64,000 bases of DNA from a virus: the IMG/VR virus record IMGVR_UViG_3300028829_004116, positions 28,256-92,255 of that record; one strand, 5' to 3'. The translations under genes were made by a program, and so were the position numbers. The notes beneath the pieces were generated by a model. It had not been told where the DNA came from. It made no database searches and saw only the letters and a program-made list of their open reading frames with translations. Shown piece after piece: positions 10,821-21,353 of the stretch (position 1 is its first letter; every line of letters begins with the position of its first letter).

Positions 10821-12322
10821 TACTGCTTCCTCCTAATATACACTCGGTTGTTCATCTTTTTATTCTCGAACAAATGTTCTACATTATTCCATTCCCTATA
10901 AAAGGTTGGGCGACTTTTCTTAGTCATCTTCATATAGTTATTCACCAATTCGGTTTTTGAAACCCAGCCGTCTTTCTTTGAAGCAGATTGATAAACCTTA
11001 GCAATCATCTGCTCACGACCCTTTTCTGCTATACGCTTAGGACTCTTTTTCAATTTATCACTGAACCAAGTAGTAATTGAATCAAAACTTTGGTCTGTAA
11101 GAATCCTTGCTTGGTCAATGTGTCTTGCTGTGACAACCGGACTTTTTTCAGCACAAGCACAAAGAGCCGCCGCATTACACATATTATTAATTGTATTCAT
11201 CAAGAAAGTATTCAGTGCGGCATAAATATGGTCGGGAAAACCTTCCATGTATTTACGCATACCACGCCAAACAGTCTTTAATCTTTTTTGAGCATCCGGT
11301 GTAAAGGTTACAACTTTTCTTTTATCTCCAGTTTGTTTGTAACGCTCATCAGCCCAACAATAAATATCGTAAAGCATTTCCGAAAACTCTACTGTAAAGG
11401 CATCGGAACCATTTTCGTCTTCAACGATATTACCTACCATGTCTAAATATTCTTCTTCCATTTGCATCTTTAATGATTCGGGAACTTCACGGACATATAA
11501 CCACATACGCTGAAAGACACCCTTTGTAAGAATAACCTTTTCTAATCCCTGTGGAGGTAATGTCGTGGCCCACAAACTTCGCTGACAATCTACAACTAAA
11601 TCTTTACCCCATTCAGTCAAACGCTTTTTAATTAAATGGGTATCGGAATCCAACCGATTCATAAACTTTTGAAACATCATCACCGTGTCTTGCTTATGTT
11701 GTGTTTCCTTAAAGATACCTGAATGTTCAAACTCATCAAATGCAATAATACCTGAACCGAATAAAGCCCCGTTAATATTTATATCTATTTCTTCAGGCAT
11801 TGGGTTTCCATCAATATCTAAATTTTCTTCACCTCGCACCCAATCAGGATTAGGTTGACCCATTTTAATAGTTCCTAATAATGCTTGGTCTGTAAATGCG
11901 TCGGGATTTTGAAGGTTAAATTCATTTACACCATTTAGTGGACCTCTTGGGTTTTCTCCCTTTAGTGGGTGTTCATTTACTAATGTAAATGTTCTATTCC
12001 ATACGGGAGAAAGAAAGTCAAACATTGTTGTCTTTCCACTACGGGCTGTTTGAATCCAACAGTAATGTATTCTTGGGTCAAGTGAAAGACGACCTACGGG
12101 AACCCGTAATTTATCTTTTAATAATTGCCCAAGTGTAACAAAAAAGGCCATCTGTGCTGGATAGTCATTATACAGTGAAAACTGAGTTACAACTTCTGTC
12201 CACCTTTCTACAACTTTAGGCATCGTAACTGCACTTCTTCTTTCTGTTTCTATATCACCAACTTGCATTTTTTCCAATGCTTCATATAATTCCCATTCAT
12301 CTACTTCTAAATCTTCTGCCAT
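10820..12322 (-). CDS. MCM-like AAA+ replicative helicase
   Basis: Walker A (TARSGKT), Walker B (IIAFDE), Arg finger (GVFQR), C-terminal wHTH-like region; replication context. Confidence 0.7.
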   Translation of the reverse strand: MAEDLEVDEWELYEALEKMQVGDIETERRSAVTMPKVVERWTEVVTQFSLYNDYPAQMAFFVTLGQLLKDKLRVPVGRLSLDPRIHYCWIQTARSGKTTMFDFLSPVWNRTFTLVNEHPLKGENPRGPLNGVNEFNLQNPDAFTDQALLGTIKMGQPNPDWVRGEENLDIDGNPMPEEIDININGALFGSGIIAFDEFEHSGIFKETQHKQDTVMMFQKFMNRLDSDTHLIKKRLTEWGKDLVVDCQRSLWATTLPPQGLEKVILTKGVFQRMWLYVREVPESLKMQMEEEYLDMVGNIVEDENGSDAFTVEFSEMLYDIYCWADERYKQTGDKRKVVTFTPDAQKRLKTVWRGMRKYMEGFPDHIYAALNTFLMNTINNMCNAAALCACAEKSPVVTARHIDQARILTDQSFDSITTWFSDKLKKSPKRIAEKGREQMIAKVYQSASKKDGWVSKTELVNNYMKMTKKSRPTFYREWNNVEHLFENKKMNNRVYIRRKQ

Positions 12323-13002
12323 TAGTATTTCACCTCTTGTTCTTCATTTAACGCTTTTGATATATTGGTGGCCGTCACTTTACCAATACCTTTTACTTTC
12401 ATAATATCCTTAATTTCGCATGTAGCGATTTCTAATAATGACCCGAACTCTTCTAAAAGAATACGAGCCTTTTCTACTGTTACACCTTGAATCGTGCAAA
12501 GTATATCCAACCTCACATCATCCGTTCTTGTTTTCTTTGGTAACATTTTCTGTAAATCAATTTCTTTATCACAGTGATGTTCACAAGCAACAATAAAGTG
12601 TGCGGCTGATTCTACATCTGCTACCCATATAGGTGTTGTTTTTGTATTCAATGCTATGCTGGATAATGCACCTATAAACATTTTTTGCAGTTTAATCCGC
12701 CACCCTCTATTATTATACGAGTTTTTTACATGGTTAAGATACGAACCCGCATCCGATAGATTACCATAAATAATAATATAATTTCTCGCATACGAGTCTT
12801 CCATGTTGCTAATTTGATTAAACATTCTTTTATTACGCACTGATTGTAAAAAGTCTTCAACACTTTTTGCTTCAATACACACATCACCTATAATGTAATC
12901 CCCCACTTCTAAGAATACTTTTTCTGCACTGATATTAGATAGCATAGAATACTGTATTACCAACTCGCTTAACACTGAATCTTCTCTACTGTCTATCATC
13001 AT
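12322..13002 (-). CDS. ERCC4/XPF-family structure-specific nuclease with HhH motifs
   Basis: IDSRE, GDY..., IEAKS..D nuclease motifs; IQGVT and VKGIG HhH; probable start 13002. Confidence 0.85.
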   Translation of the reverse strand: MMIDSREDSVLSELVIQYSMLSNISAEKVFLEVGDYIIGDVCIEAKSVEDFLQSVRNKRMFNQISNMEDSYARNYIIIYGNLSDAGSYLNHVKNSYNNRGWRIKLQKMFIGALSSIALNTKTTPIWVADVESAAHFIVACEHHCDKEIDLQKMLPKKTRTDDVRLDILCTIQGVTVEKARILLEEFGSLLEIATCEIKDIMKVKGIGKVTATNISKALNEEQEVKY

Positions 13003-14042
13003 TCTAAAGCCCCCTGTGGGTATCTCCAGCACTTTCCTATGCAATACCCCTTACTGATTAAAGTTTGACAAGACGGGGCCATATAACGCTTATTTACTAC
13101 ATAAGAAACAGCCTGTCTCGTTATTCTTTCATCATAGTCAATCCATACATCTTCATCCGATGCAATCTTTTTAATCTCACCTGATATAATACCGGTAATA
13201 TCTACAAGTGCATCCCCACCTACTTCTCTTGGTGAACAATCTAAACCCTTCTCAACAACTGCTAAGTCGGATAAGAACTCATTATACCATTGAACTAAGT
13301 AATGTCGAGATTCATGTAATGGGTTATGAGTCATTACTGCCGCATTAAGACATGGAAGGATAGGTAAATCTCCCGGACTATCTACATTATCTATTTCTAT
13401 TTCTGCCGCTTCCATTTCTTTTACCTGCGGCCATTGAACTAAATTATTACCGTAAAATTGCGTAGGTTGCTTTCGTGGTTTCCTTGCTAATTCTGTAATT
13501 TCCTTTAGCGATTTTTTCAAATCAGCACGAATTAGATTTATTGAAAACAACTTAGCCCCCATATGATATGTGTTCTGTGTTCTTCTCAACCTTGCTGTGT
13601 TAATAACTCGATTGTCTAAACGAGGTGATTTATTACAAACATCGTGACAAATATTAAAAAAAGCCTTTACTCTTCTAAGGTCCCATGTTCTTTTACCATA
13701 AACAAATATGTAGAAACCCCGACCACTGAAAGCCATACTGTGTTTGTAGTTGTTTTCTGTAAGCCATTTATGTAAAACTCTCATATCTTCTAATGCCTCG
13801 TCTAAGGATTCATCTCCATGTGCGTCGATGTCTAAAAACAATCTGTCGATATTTACTGTATGTTCAAGTCCCCGGTCTTTTGAAAACTCATCGTAATCAT
13901 AGACTGAGGTATAAACATTCATGCGCCCGTTGTGCGCTTTTACGAAGTTTGTATATTGTTCTTTATTTTGCACTACAACTCTTCTTGGTTGTATTGCATT
14001 TTCTAATGGGCTACCTGCCCACATTTCTCTCGGATAATTCAT
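12999..14042 (-). CDS. Archaeo-eukaryotic primase (PriS catalytic domain fused to a Cys-rich PriL-like C-terminal domain)
   Basis: FLDID and FSGRGF motifs; C-terminal LPC...PSC...C...C; GGTGA RBS before 14042. Confidence 0.8.
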   Translation of the reverse strand: MNYPREMWAGSPLENAIQPRRVVVQNKEQYTNFVKAHNGRMNVYTSVYDYDEFSKDRGLEHTVNIDRLFLDIDAHGDESLDEALEDMRVLHKWLTENNYKHSMAFSGRGFYIFVYGKRTWDLRRVKAFFNICHDVCNKSPRLDNRVINTARLRRTQNTYHMGAKLFSINLIRADLKKSLKEITELARKPRKQPTQFYGNNLVQWPQVKEMEAAEIEIDNVDSPGDLPILPCLNAAVMTHNPLHESRHYLVQWYNEFLSDLAVVEKGLDCSPREVGGDALVDITGIISGEIKKIASDEDVWIDYDERITRQAVSYVVNKRYMAPSCQTLISKGYCIGKCWRYPQGALE

Positions 14043-14152
14043 CTCATCACCTAATCTATCATATCTAAAAAGTCCCTTGAGTCGCATAGCGAACAAAGTT
14101 CTTTATCTTTGTCTGTAAGTTCTGCCTTACAGTATTTGCATTTCTTTTTCAA

Positions 14153-14548
14153 CTATAACACCTTCGTATCTTTTTTAATCTGTTTTTTCAACTCTTCCTT
14201 TGTAAGAGTAATCTTATCTTTCTGTTCTTCTATGGTAGGGGGGACTTGTGGAACTTGTGAAAGCATTACAGGTGCTTCGTCGATAAGTTCAAGCATCTGC
14301 GTCTTAGCATAAAAGGTAGCCTTTTCCTTCCACCAACCTTTTACTAAGTCTTTCTGTTCTTGGCCTAAGAAATCAAGCATCTCTCCCCAAGAAGGTTCTT
14401 CCATATTATTTATAATTTGAGATATAACATCTTCCATTTTCATTAACTCCTTGAATGTCCACTTGTATTCTGTAATTTCTTTGAGAATTTTAGAACCAAT
14501 CATAATTTGTCCCACCACCGGTTGCTTCACAATGTTCAAAATGTCCAC
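14153..14548 (-). CDS. Hypothetical protein
   Basis: ORF in operon; start uncertain. Confidence 0.5.
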   Translation of the reverse strand: MDILNIVKQPVVGQIMIGSKILKEITEYKWTFKELMKMEDVISQIINNMEEPSWGEMLDFLGQEQKDLVKGWWKEKATFYAKTQMLELIDEAPVMLSQVPQVPPTIEEQKDKITLTKEELKKQIKKDTKVL

Positions 14549-15389
14549 AGTGAATACACTTTTTATGGAAATACGAGAAAGGAAACTCCTTTAGCATATA
14601 TCCGTCTACTAACTTTTGTATAGAATTTTCAACAGAAGTCATTGACCTCTTCTTTGTTTCCTCTACAAATATGTAATTACTCTTAGGAAAAATCCAACCC
14701 CAATGTGTAATTGCGTATTGAGGGTCTAACCCTGCGGCTATTAAATCATCTTCATCTGCGTTTTCATAAAGCATTTGATAGAAGGCCATTTCTTTTCTCA
14801 TATTAGTTTTCTTACTATCTTTCCATGCACCCGTCTTTAACTCAAATGGGATATAACCATTGTCGTCAAAAAACATTCTATCAATAATACCCTGCAAATG
14901 GATATTAATTCCATTAACTCTAATACTAGCGTTTAGTAGTATTTCATTACCAACGGGTATAAAGTGTTCTACTGTTCCTTCGTGGACACACTCGATAAAT
15001 CTTTCTGCTTGCCATGCTGACAAAGCCCTATACAAATCCTTAGTATCTTCATCTTTACCTTCTGGGTAGTAATCTCTAAAGTGTTTAACAAGTTTATTGG
15101 AATCATCAATAAAAGGCATAGCCTTTTCTGTATCAACCATTTTCCAAAAATCTTCTTGAGCGTTGTGAACTATTGTTCCCCTTAACATAGCCTCCGATGT
15201 TTTTTGTTTCTTTTTACCTTCGGCAAATGGGTCATAACTATAACGATAAGAACCGTTGCAGAAGTTAAATGTTCCAAGAGAAGACTTTGTAATCTTCAAA
15301 GTTGGTCCATCTACATCATCGGGGTTCCATTGATAGGTAAATCCATTGTCTAAATCTTTTTTTGTCCATTCTGTTGCGTATTCAATCAT
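14490..15389 (-). CDS. PD-(D/E)XK (RecB/Cas4-like) exonuclease
   Basis: GTIVH, GIIDR, ELKTG, FYQ motifs; C-terminal C-x2-C-x5-C. Confidence 0.85.
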   Translation of the reverse strand: MIEYATEWTKKDLDNGFTYQWNPDDVDGPTLKITKSSLGTFNFCNGSYRYSYDPFAEGKKKQKTSEAMLRGTIVHNAQEDFWKMVDTEKAMPFIDDSNKLVKHFRDYYPEGKDEDTKDLYRALSAWQAERFIECVHEGTVEHFIPVGNEILLNASIRVNGINIHLQGIIDRMFFDDNGYIPFELKTGAWKDSKKTNMRKEMAFYQMLYENADEDDLIAAGLDPQYAITHWGWIFPKSNYIFVEETKKRSMTSVENSIQKLVDGYMLKEFPFSYFHKKCIHCGHFEHCEATGGGTNYDWF

Positions 15390-15880
15390 TGTTTCACTTC
15401 CTTTAATTCATCAATTAAGGCTGATGCTTCACCTCTTGTCATATCCTCTCGGATAGATTCTTCACCACCTAATTTAATTATGTAATTTCTTTGGGCTTCG
15501 GTCACAGGACCGTTATGGTTCTTTACAGTCTTTGTTTGAGTAATGCCCTTTTCTTCAAAAGCGGCTCTACGCAAACTTGCTGTTGTATTGTCATGGCATT
15601 CTTTACAAACTTCAACAACATTACTGCGGGAGTGGATAAGATATTCCTTACCTATCTCTCTACATCTATGCTGTGAAATAATATGATGCCATTCGGTCTT
15701 TCCTTCTGCAAAACAAATATTACAATGCCCTTGTTTTTTCCAAAACTGTCTTTCTTCTTTAACAACTTTTAAAAACTCCTGTTCAATAGTTTCTATTTCT
15801 TCTTGCTTCTTTTTCTTGCGTTGCTGTAATGCCCTTAATGTCTTATAATATGTTCCTTCTTTTTTTCCCATTACCACCAC
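15386..15880 (-). CDS. HNH endonuclease-like protein
   Basis: CNIC...HH...N...CKECH. Confidence 0.75.
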   Translation of the reverse strand: MVVMGKKEGTYYKTLRALQQRKKKKQEEIETIEQEFLKVVKEERQFWKKQGHCNICFAEGKTEWHHIISQHRCREIGKEYLIHSRSNVVEVCKECHDNTTASLRRAAFEEKGITQTKTVKNHNGPVTEAQRNYIIKLGGEESIREDMTRGEASALIDELKEVKQ

Positions 15881-18336
15881 TCCTCTAAAGTTGTTTGGTT
15901 TATGTCTTTCTTTATGAGTTTAATAGGCCACTCCATGCTTTCAAATACAAGCAAAGCCTTCTTAATAATTTCTCCATTAGCGATAAACTCCCAATCAGGT
16001 GTGAACATATCTTTAATATCCTTAAATTTTAAGAACGAAATATATTCACACGATTTAGATACACCGTTTAAGATGTAACATTTTTCTTCTAAGTCTGTAT
16101 TATTAATTTTAAAATAATAATACGCATCACCTTTCTTAATTTTACCTAAACCCTGTTGGTTATGGTAAATAATTCCTGCTGAACCTCCAGCAATCATATC
16201 GTAGTCCTCAATATTTCTTCGAAGTCTACTACGCTTACTAATTTCTCTCAAAGATACCTCACCTTTGACTACTTTTGCATACTCTTTATTACAATAATCT
16301 ATGACTTCCTTTTCCTCTTTGAAAGAAGCAACCATTCTTAGTAGGTTTTCTTGAAATTTCTTAGCAACTTTTGTCTCATTTGACTTTTTCATTTCGAACC
16401 CCATTACGAAGAACTTATCTTCCGGTAAATACTCCCCATCCTTCCAAGAAAGATAGCCGCAATAGCGATTTTTCTTCTTAGAAAGGAAAAACTTACTGGC
16501 AAACTTTTCAAACTCTAATTCTACTGGTTCTCGGAAGATTTCTCGTGAAATATAGTCATTTAACAGGACTCTTAGTTGTTTTGCATCGTCAACATCACGA
16601 ACTTTAACAAAAACTGAATCCGTATGTCCATAAATAACTTCGTAGCCCAACTCTTGCGCTTTAAAAGCAGTTTCACGCATAGCATGACGAGCAGAAGCAG
16701 TAATTGATTGAACCATTTCCATATCAGCCCAACCAAAACCTTCTTTTGCGAGAATACCGTAGAAAGCATTTACGGCTCTCTTCGTAGCCATCTGTGCTGA
16801 GTCCCACTTAATATATTCTTCGTCTGTTTTAGCCTCTTTACGCAGAGTTTTGTATTCATCCCGTAAAGCCATCATGTCGATAACTGCTTGTGGTAAAAGA
16901 CCAAGTGTATCTTTTTCGTAGTAATATGTTGGCTTTTCATCAAAGCCCCCTAAATTTTTAGGTGTATTTACCCACACTGGATAACCATGACCACGCTTAG
17001 TTTCCCATGAGATATTTACTGCGGCCATCATAGAAGGGTAAAGTGATTTGAAATCAAACACGGCTACATTTTCATGTAGTCCGTAAGTCCCTTCTAATGT
17101 TGGGTCCATAACGAAAGCACCGTCATATCTTTCCTTTTCGGTTTTAACTCCCGTTGGGGGAATCCATCCAGACTTACGCATAAAATATACTCCACCCATT
17201 TGAGAATTATGATATGTATTCTCGAAAGGACATACGATAAGTCTTTGTAGGGCAAGACTGTTTTCACTTACATTCAATTTATTATCAATGTTCACACACA
17301 AATCTACATCTACCTTAGCATATTCAAGGTAAGTCTTAGTGTCTTCTAACCATGCCCGTTCATAGAACTCTAAGTCTTCAAATTTAGAACTCTCAACCTT
17401 ACGCTCACTGAGAACAAGATTAGCACAATCATCCAACTTTAGAGAGGGCAATGTACCGTTTTGAGAATCAGTCCAAAGGCGTTCAAATCTATCCATTAGA
17501 CAGAAAGTTAATCTGCCACGAATAGGCTGTGCGCTATTAAAGTATTTTTCATCTCCTGTACCTTTTCCTAATTGCCAACCTGTGGTTTCTCCATTACTAA
17601 ACTTTCTACGAACATCTTTAATTTCCCCACAAGGAGACATGCGATTAGGGTCAATACCTAATTTACACATACGCTTGATAATTTGAGGAATATCGTAGCC
17701 GAGAACATACCAACCAATAATCATATCAGGGTCTTGTTCCTCCATCATTTCAATAAATGCGTAAAACATTTCTGTTTCACTTTGATAAACCTGCACATAA
17801 TCAAGGCTGGAAAACTTTACATTTTTGTAATCCACACGGGCCTCTTTAGGAAACCAAGTCATCACCGTATTCTTTTTAGTAAATGAATCGTAGATACTTA
17901 GCACTGTTGTTTTACCATCATGCACTCCACCTACTTGAGACTCAATATCAAAATACCATTTACGGTGTTCGTATTCTTTAATCTCAGTCATTCGGTCAAC
18001 AGCATAAAGACGCTTAATATCAACATCTGCTTGATAGGTAGCGATTCCCTGATTATGAAATTCATTCATAAGAGTCCAACGGTCTTTAGGGTTATGATAA
18101 GTAATCTTTTTTAGTCCTTTACCGTGTAGGCTTTCCCAATCCCCCCATTCAATATCTACGGGTATTGCTCTTTTCTTCCCATAGTTTTTAACAACCATTT
18201 GAGACTGATGCCAATGAGATGCGCCGGAGATAAAGAAATAAGGTTTGTAGTCCTTTATTGTTTCTTCCTTTCTTTTCCCACCTTCTCTCCATCGTAGATG
18301 TATATTACTGCCCTTCGTGTCTATTATCATTTTCAA
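15871..18336 (-). CDS. polB: Family B DNA polymerase with proofreading exonuclease
   Basis: FDIE exonuclease motif, DFKSLYPS, K..VNAFYG, YGHTDS, KKKNRY; no intein. Confidence 0.97.
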   Translation of the reverse strand: MKMIIDTKGSNIHLRWREGGKRKEETIKDYKPYFFISGASHWHQSQMVVKNYGKKRAIPVDIEWGDWESLHGKGLKKITYHNPKDRWTLMNEFHNQGIATYQADVDIKRLYAVDRMTEIKEYEHRKWYFDIESQVGGVHDGKTTVLSIYDSFTKKNTVMTWFPKEARVDYKNVKFSSLDYVQVYQSETEMFYAFIEMMEEQDPDMIIGWYVLGYDIPQIIKRMCKLGIDPNRMSPCGEIKDVRRKFSNGETTGWQLGKGTGDEKYFNSAQPIRGRLTFCLMDRFERLWTDSQNGTLPSLKLDDCANLVLSERKVESSKFEDLEFYERAWLEDTKTYLEYAKVDVDLCVNIDNKLNVSENSLALQRLIVCPFENTYHNSQMGGVYFMRKSGWIPPTGVKTEKERYDGAFVMDPTLEGTYGLHENVAVFDFKSLYPSMMAAVNISWETKRGHGYPVWVNTPKNLGGFDEKPTYYYEKDTLGLLPQAVIDMMALRDEYKTLRKEAKTDEEYIKWDSAQMATKRAVNAFYGILAKEGFGWADMEMVQSITASARHAMRETAFKAQELGYEVIYGHTDSVFVKVRDVDDAKQLRVLLNDYISREIFREPVELEFEKFASKFFLSKKKNRYCGYLSWKDGEYLPEDKFFVMGFEMKKSNETKVAKKFQENLLRMVASFKEEKEVIDYCNKEYAKVVKGEVSLREISKRSRLRRNIEDYDMIAGGSAGIIYHNQQGLGKIKKGDAYYYFKINNTDLEEKCYILNGVSKSCEYISFLKFKDIKDMFTPDWEFIANGEIIKKALLVFESMEWPIKLIKKDINQTTLEEWW

Positions 18337-18478
18337 TCACTATCCATTCATTAATCTTGAAACTTATTCCTTCACCTTGAAGGTATTCCATAAACAAATA
18401 CTCTAAATGCTCTCGCAAATAATTAGTATCTTCCCATTCCTCACCGACTTCAATGTGTCCGTTAATATTAATTTTCAT
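18305..18478 (-). CDS. Hypothetical protein (57 aa), not in ORF track
   Basis: TAATG-coupled; manually translated MKININGHIEVGEEW... Confidence 0.5.
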   Translation of the reverse strand: MKININGHIEVGEEWEDTNYLREHLEYLFMEYLQGEGISFKINEWIVIENDNRHEGQ

Positions 18479-18717
18479 TAAACTTCCTCCATTAAGTCTG
18501 CAAATTCTTCACCATATTTAGCGGCTAACTTCAATCTCTCAAAGTCTCTCATTAGTCTTTCAACATATACAGCCGCATCCATTAGTTCTTCTTGTAAGTG
18601 AACAAGCCATTCAAGTGTGTTTAAATCAGTGCGTTCCATTGTAACGCCGTATTTATTCTTACCCACTTCGGCTCTTTCACGAATTTTTTTAATTACCTGT
18701 TCTTCGTATTTACTCAT
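18478..18717 (-). CDS. Conserved phage protein, possibly all-alpha NTP pyrophosphohydrolase-like
   Basis: G..KYG.T..R.DL...WL.HLQEELMDAAVY motif. Confidence 0.55.
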   Translation of the reverse strand: MSKYEEQVIKKIRERAEVGKNKYGVTMERTDLNTLEWLVHLQEELMDAAVYVERLMRDFERLKLAAKYGEEFADLMEEV

Positions 18718-18723
18718 TCTTTT

Positions 18724-18987
18724 TCACCAACTTAAACCACTTGGGTATTGAGAAGGATTGTAGCCCCCTCCAAAATTCCATACTATCGTGTAACCTAAAC
18801 CCTTCCAGTGTCTAATAATAGAATCCCAATGATGTTGATTCTTAAAGTGAAGTCCTGAACTACATTTCATTCTTCCATCTTTTATGGCTCTTTTTATACA
18901 GCGTTCACCTTCTTCGATAATTAATCTTTCTTCTATTTGGTATAGTTCTGTTTGTTCAACTATTTTTCTTGCTTCATCTGCTCTCAT
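18724..18987 (-). CDS. Hypothetical protein
   Basis: ATGA-coupled ORF. Confidence 0.55.
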   Translation of the reverse strand: MRADEARKIVEQTELYQIEERLIIEEGERCIKRAIKDGRMKCSSGLHFKNQHHWDSIIRHWKGLGYTIVWNFGGGYNPSQYPSGLSW

Positions 18988-19208
18988 TCTTCTTCACCCA
19001 TTTGTTTTAATACGCTATCAGCCATCATTATAGCCATACTTCGACTACCCATAGCAAATGCGATTTGAACAGACTTACTCTTAGCATACATTCTTAGAAA
19101 CTGCGCTTCATCTATGTTCTTACTTTGTAGTAATTGTTGTATTCTTGCATCTAATTGTCTTACTGTTTCTACTAATTCATCCATATTAAACACCCAACCT
19201 CGGCGCAC
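18984..19208 (-). CDS. Hypothetical protein
   Basis: Coupled ORF. Confidence 0.5.
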   Translation of the reverse strand: MRRGWVFNMDELVETVRQLDARIQQLLQSKNIDEAQFLRMYAKSKSVQIAFAMGSRSMAIMMADSVLKQMGEEE

Positions 19209-19959
19209 GAAGCACAGTTACTTGCTCATTAGCAAAGATAACGGGTTTTTCATCGTCGTAAAGAATGATAACTTCTCGTTCTCTACTTACTAATTTGCTA
19301 ATAGGTAAAGAGATTTCAACAGTAGCCTTTCTGTCTGTACCAACGGCAGCAATTTCTGTAAATACACTTTCGTTATTCTTGGTAGAACTGACGAGAAGTT
19401 TATCTCCATCCCATTCAATTCTATAAATTGAATTACCTACCTTCTCGGCAAGCATCATCGCTTCTGTAAGTTCGTCGGATTCAACATCAAGCATTGTTTT
19501 TAGTGCAAGTTTTTCAGTAACAAAAATGTCCTGTTCCTCTCTTACCATTTTTCTAATTGACCTACGGGTTAAGTTTCGCAACTTGTCTTTTAATCTGTAT
19601 ATAACATGAAGTTCTTCATGTCTACCCAATACCGGCAGGGTTACAATACTATTACCTGAAGCCAATTCTATTTTTCCATCATCACTTCTAAACACTAAGT
19701 CGGTATCTGTTAAATACTTTTCAAGTGTAGAGCCGGACAAATTAACCATTCCGTTAACCGCCTCTTCATCGTTGTGTCTATAAACCACATAAGTAAAATT
19801 ATTTGCATTTTGAATATACACCATTCCGTCTTCCACTTCGATAAATAAATCGTCGCATAAGACACTGGTTTTATTACTCATACCTTCATTGTATTTTCCC
19901 CGTAGTCTGCAAATATTAATTGCTTCTTTTAATTCTTTTCCATTCATTCTAAATTCCAT
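19186..19959 (-). CDS. Sliding clamp (PCNA-like)
   Basis: 257 aa, two repeated alpha/beta halves, ends VLRAPR like PCNA; near PolB and RFC. Confidence 0.7.
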   Translation of the reverse strand: MEFRMNGKELKEAINICRLRGKYNEGMSNKTSVLCDDLFIEVEDGMVYIQNANNFTYVVYRHNDEEAVNGMVNLSGSTLEKYLTDTDLVFRSDDGKIELASGNSIVTLPVLGRHEELHVIYRLKDKLRNLTRRSIRKMVREEQDIFVTEKLALKTMLDVESDELTEAMMLAEKVGNSIYRIEWDGDKLLVSSTKNNESVFTEIAAVGTDRKATVEISLPISKLVSREREVIILYDDEKPVIFANEQVTVLRAPRLGV

Positions 19960-20019
19960 TTAAATTCCTCCATAATATAACATAACATAACAGCACCCCT
20001 ATATCAAAAACCATTACAC

Positions 20020-20928
20020 TCAAAGGTTGTTTTCTTTGATTGGCACTAAGCCATTCCAAGTAACCTTACCTTTGTTGTTTTCAAACAACATGAAGGATTG
20101 TCCCTCATTGTCTGCGTTGGTCTTTGACTTGAGAACCTTAGCGTGTAATTTTGTCGTGTTGTTTCTTTCTTCACGATATGTGTGGATATGTTGAAACAAC
20201 TTTGCAGTAGTAGACTTTTCCCAATCGGGCTTTTGTCCAACAACTTCAAATCCATCATGCACTTCTTTCATATGTGTGATGAAAAACTTATGACATTGGA
20301 GTTGACAAGCGGCCTTAAACAATCGCTTGTATTCTTCTGTTCGTGCATACCATTGTGTCGGAACCATTTTGACTTTATCAGCCGCTCTTGGGTCCTTACC
20401 TTTAATGTGGTTTAGTCTGGCAATCATATTTGTAGTATCAAGCCAAGTATCAAGACCATCAAAAACGATAGCCTTTACACCTTCAACTTCAATTGTTTCT
20501 TCACCGTATTCAATTTTCTTTGTTTCAATTGCTTCCTTAACCATTCCCATAAAGAAACGGGCCATATCAGCAGTAGCCAAGTAATCCACTGTCATGTCTT
20601 CTTTGTAGACATGAGGATTATAGATAAACACTTTATCATCACTCGACCAATGTTGCCTCCATGTAGGTTCTGCACCTTCATCAAAGTCAAGAATAAAAAC
20701 CCAATGGGTTTCTTTTTCTTCATCAGTTCTGCAATCAATTGCTAATCCGGTTTTTCCAGTACCGGGGTCTCCGCTAATTCCACACAACATATATGCTGAT
20801 TCATTTTCCATCAAACGCTTTCGCTGATTAAAAGCCTTAGCCTTTGCACTTGCGAAAGCACTTTTCACATCTTCTTCTTTTGCACTCTTTACGAGATTAC
20901 TCGCCTTTCCTTTTCCTTTCAAACTCAT
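20020..20928 (-). CDS. RecA-superfamily P-loop ATPase (Sak4/RadA-like recombinase)
   Basis: GDPGTGKT, ILDFDEG, IVFDG, FITH motifs; next to SSB. Confidence 0.75.
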   Translation of the reverse strand: MSLKGKGKASNLVKSAKEEDVKSAFASAKAKAFNQRKRLMENESAYMLCGISGDPGTGKTGLAIDCRTDEEKETHWVFILDFDEGAEPTWRQHWSSDDKVFIYNPHVYKEDMTVDYLATADMARFFMGMVKEAIETKKIEYGEETIEVEGVKAIVFDGLDTWLDTTNMIARLNHIKGKDPRAADKVKMVPTQWYARTEEYKRLFKAACQLQCHKFFITHMKEVHDGFEVVGQKPDWEKSTTAKLFQHIHTYREERNNTTKLHAKVLKSKTNADNEGQSFMLFENNKGKVTWNGLVPIKENNL

Positions 20929-21116
20929 TATTCTTCCTCCTTAAATTGTTCACTTAATATTTTTAGTTGTTTTTCATGCACTAAGCGTGTGAACATTTTA
21001 CCGCTTTTCATGTGAAAACGAACACTGTATCTGTCGTATTCGTTATCATCTTCTTTCCATTCTATTGTTTCTACCTCTTCGAGGTCTAGTAGTATTTCAT
21101 TCATTTTAATTATCAT
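20928..21116 (-). CDS. Hypothetical protein
   Basis: GGTGA RBS, coupled. Confidence 0.6.
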   Translation of the reverse strand: MIIKMNEILLDLEEVETIEWKEDDNEYDRYSVRFHMKSGKMFTRLVHEKQLKILSEQFKEEE

Positions 21117-21192
21117 CTTTTCACCTTTTTAAATATAGGCTTCGCACCTATCCGAATGTCATTCAGCCGCCAACATTTACACGGAAGTTAAA

Positions 21193-21348
21193 TCAAAGCA
21201 TATCTTCAATCTTGTCCGAGAGCAACAATAAGGTTGAAGCCCACAGACCAACAAAAATACCCAAGTTTTCATCGTAAGCGGCATAAACACCGATACTAAG
21301 CAAAATCGAGGCAACGCTTGTAATCAAACCAATTTTCTTGTAATTCAT
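21193..21348 (-). CDS. Small two-TM membrane protein (51 aa), not in ORF track
   Basis: MNYKKIGLITSVASILLSIGVYAAYDENLGIFVGLWASTLLLL...; GGTGA RBS. Confidence 0.65.
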   Translation of the reverse strand: MNYKKIGLITSVASILLSIGVYAAYDENLGIFVGLWASTLLLLSDKIEDML

Positions 21349-21353
21349 TTAAA

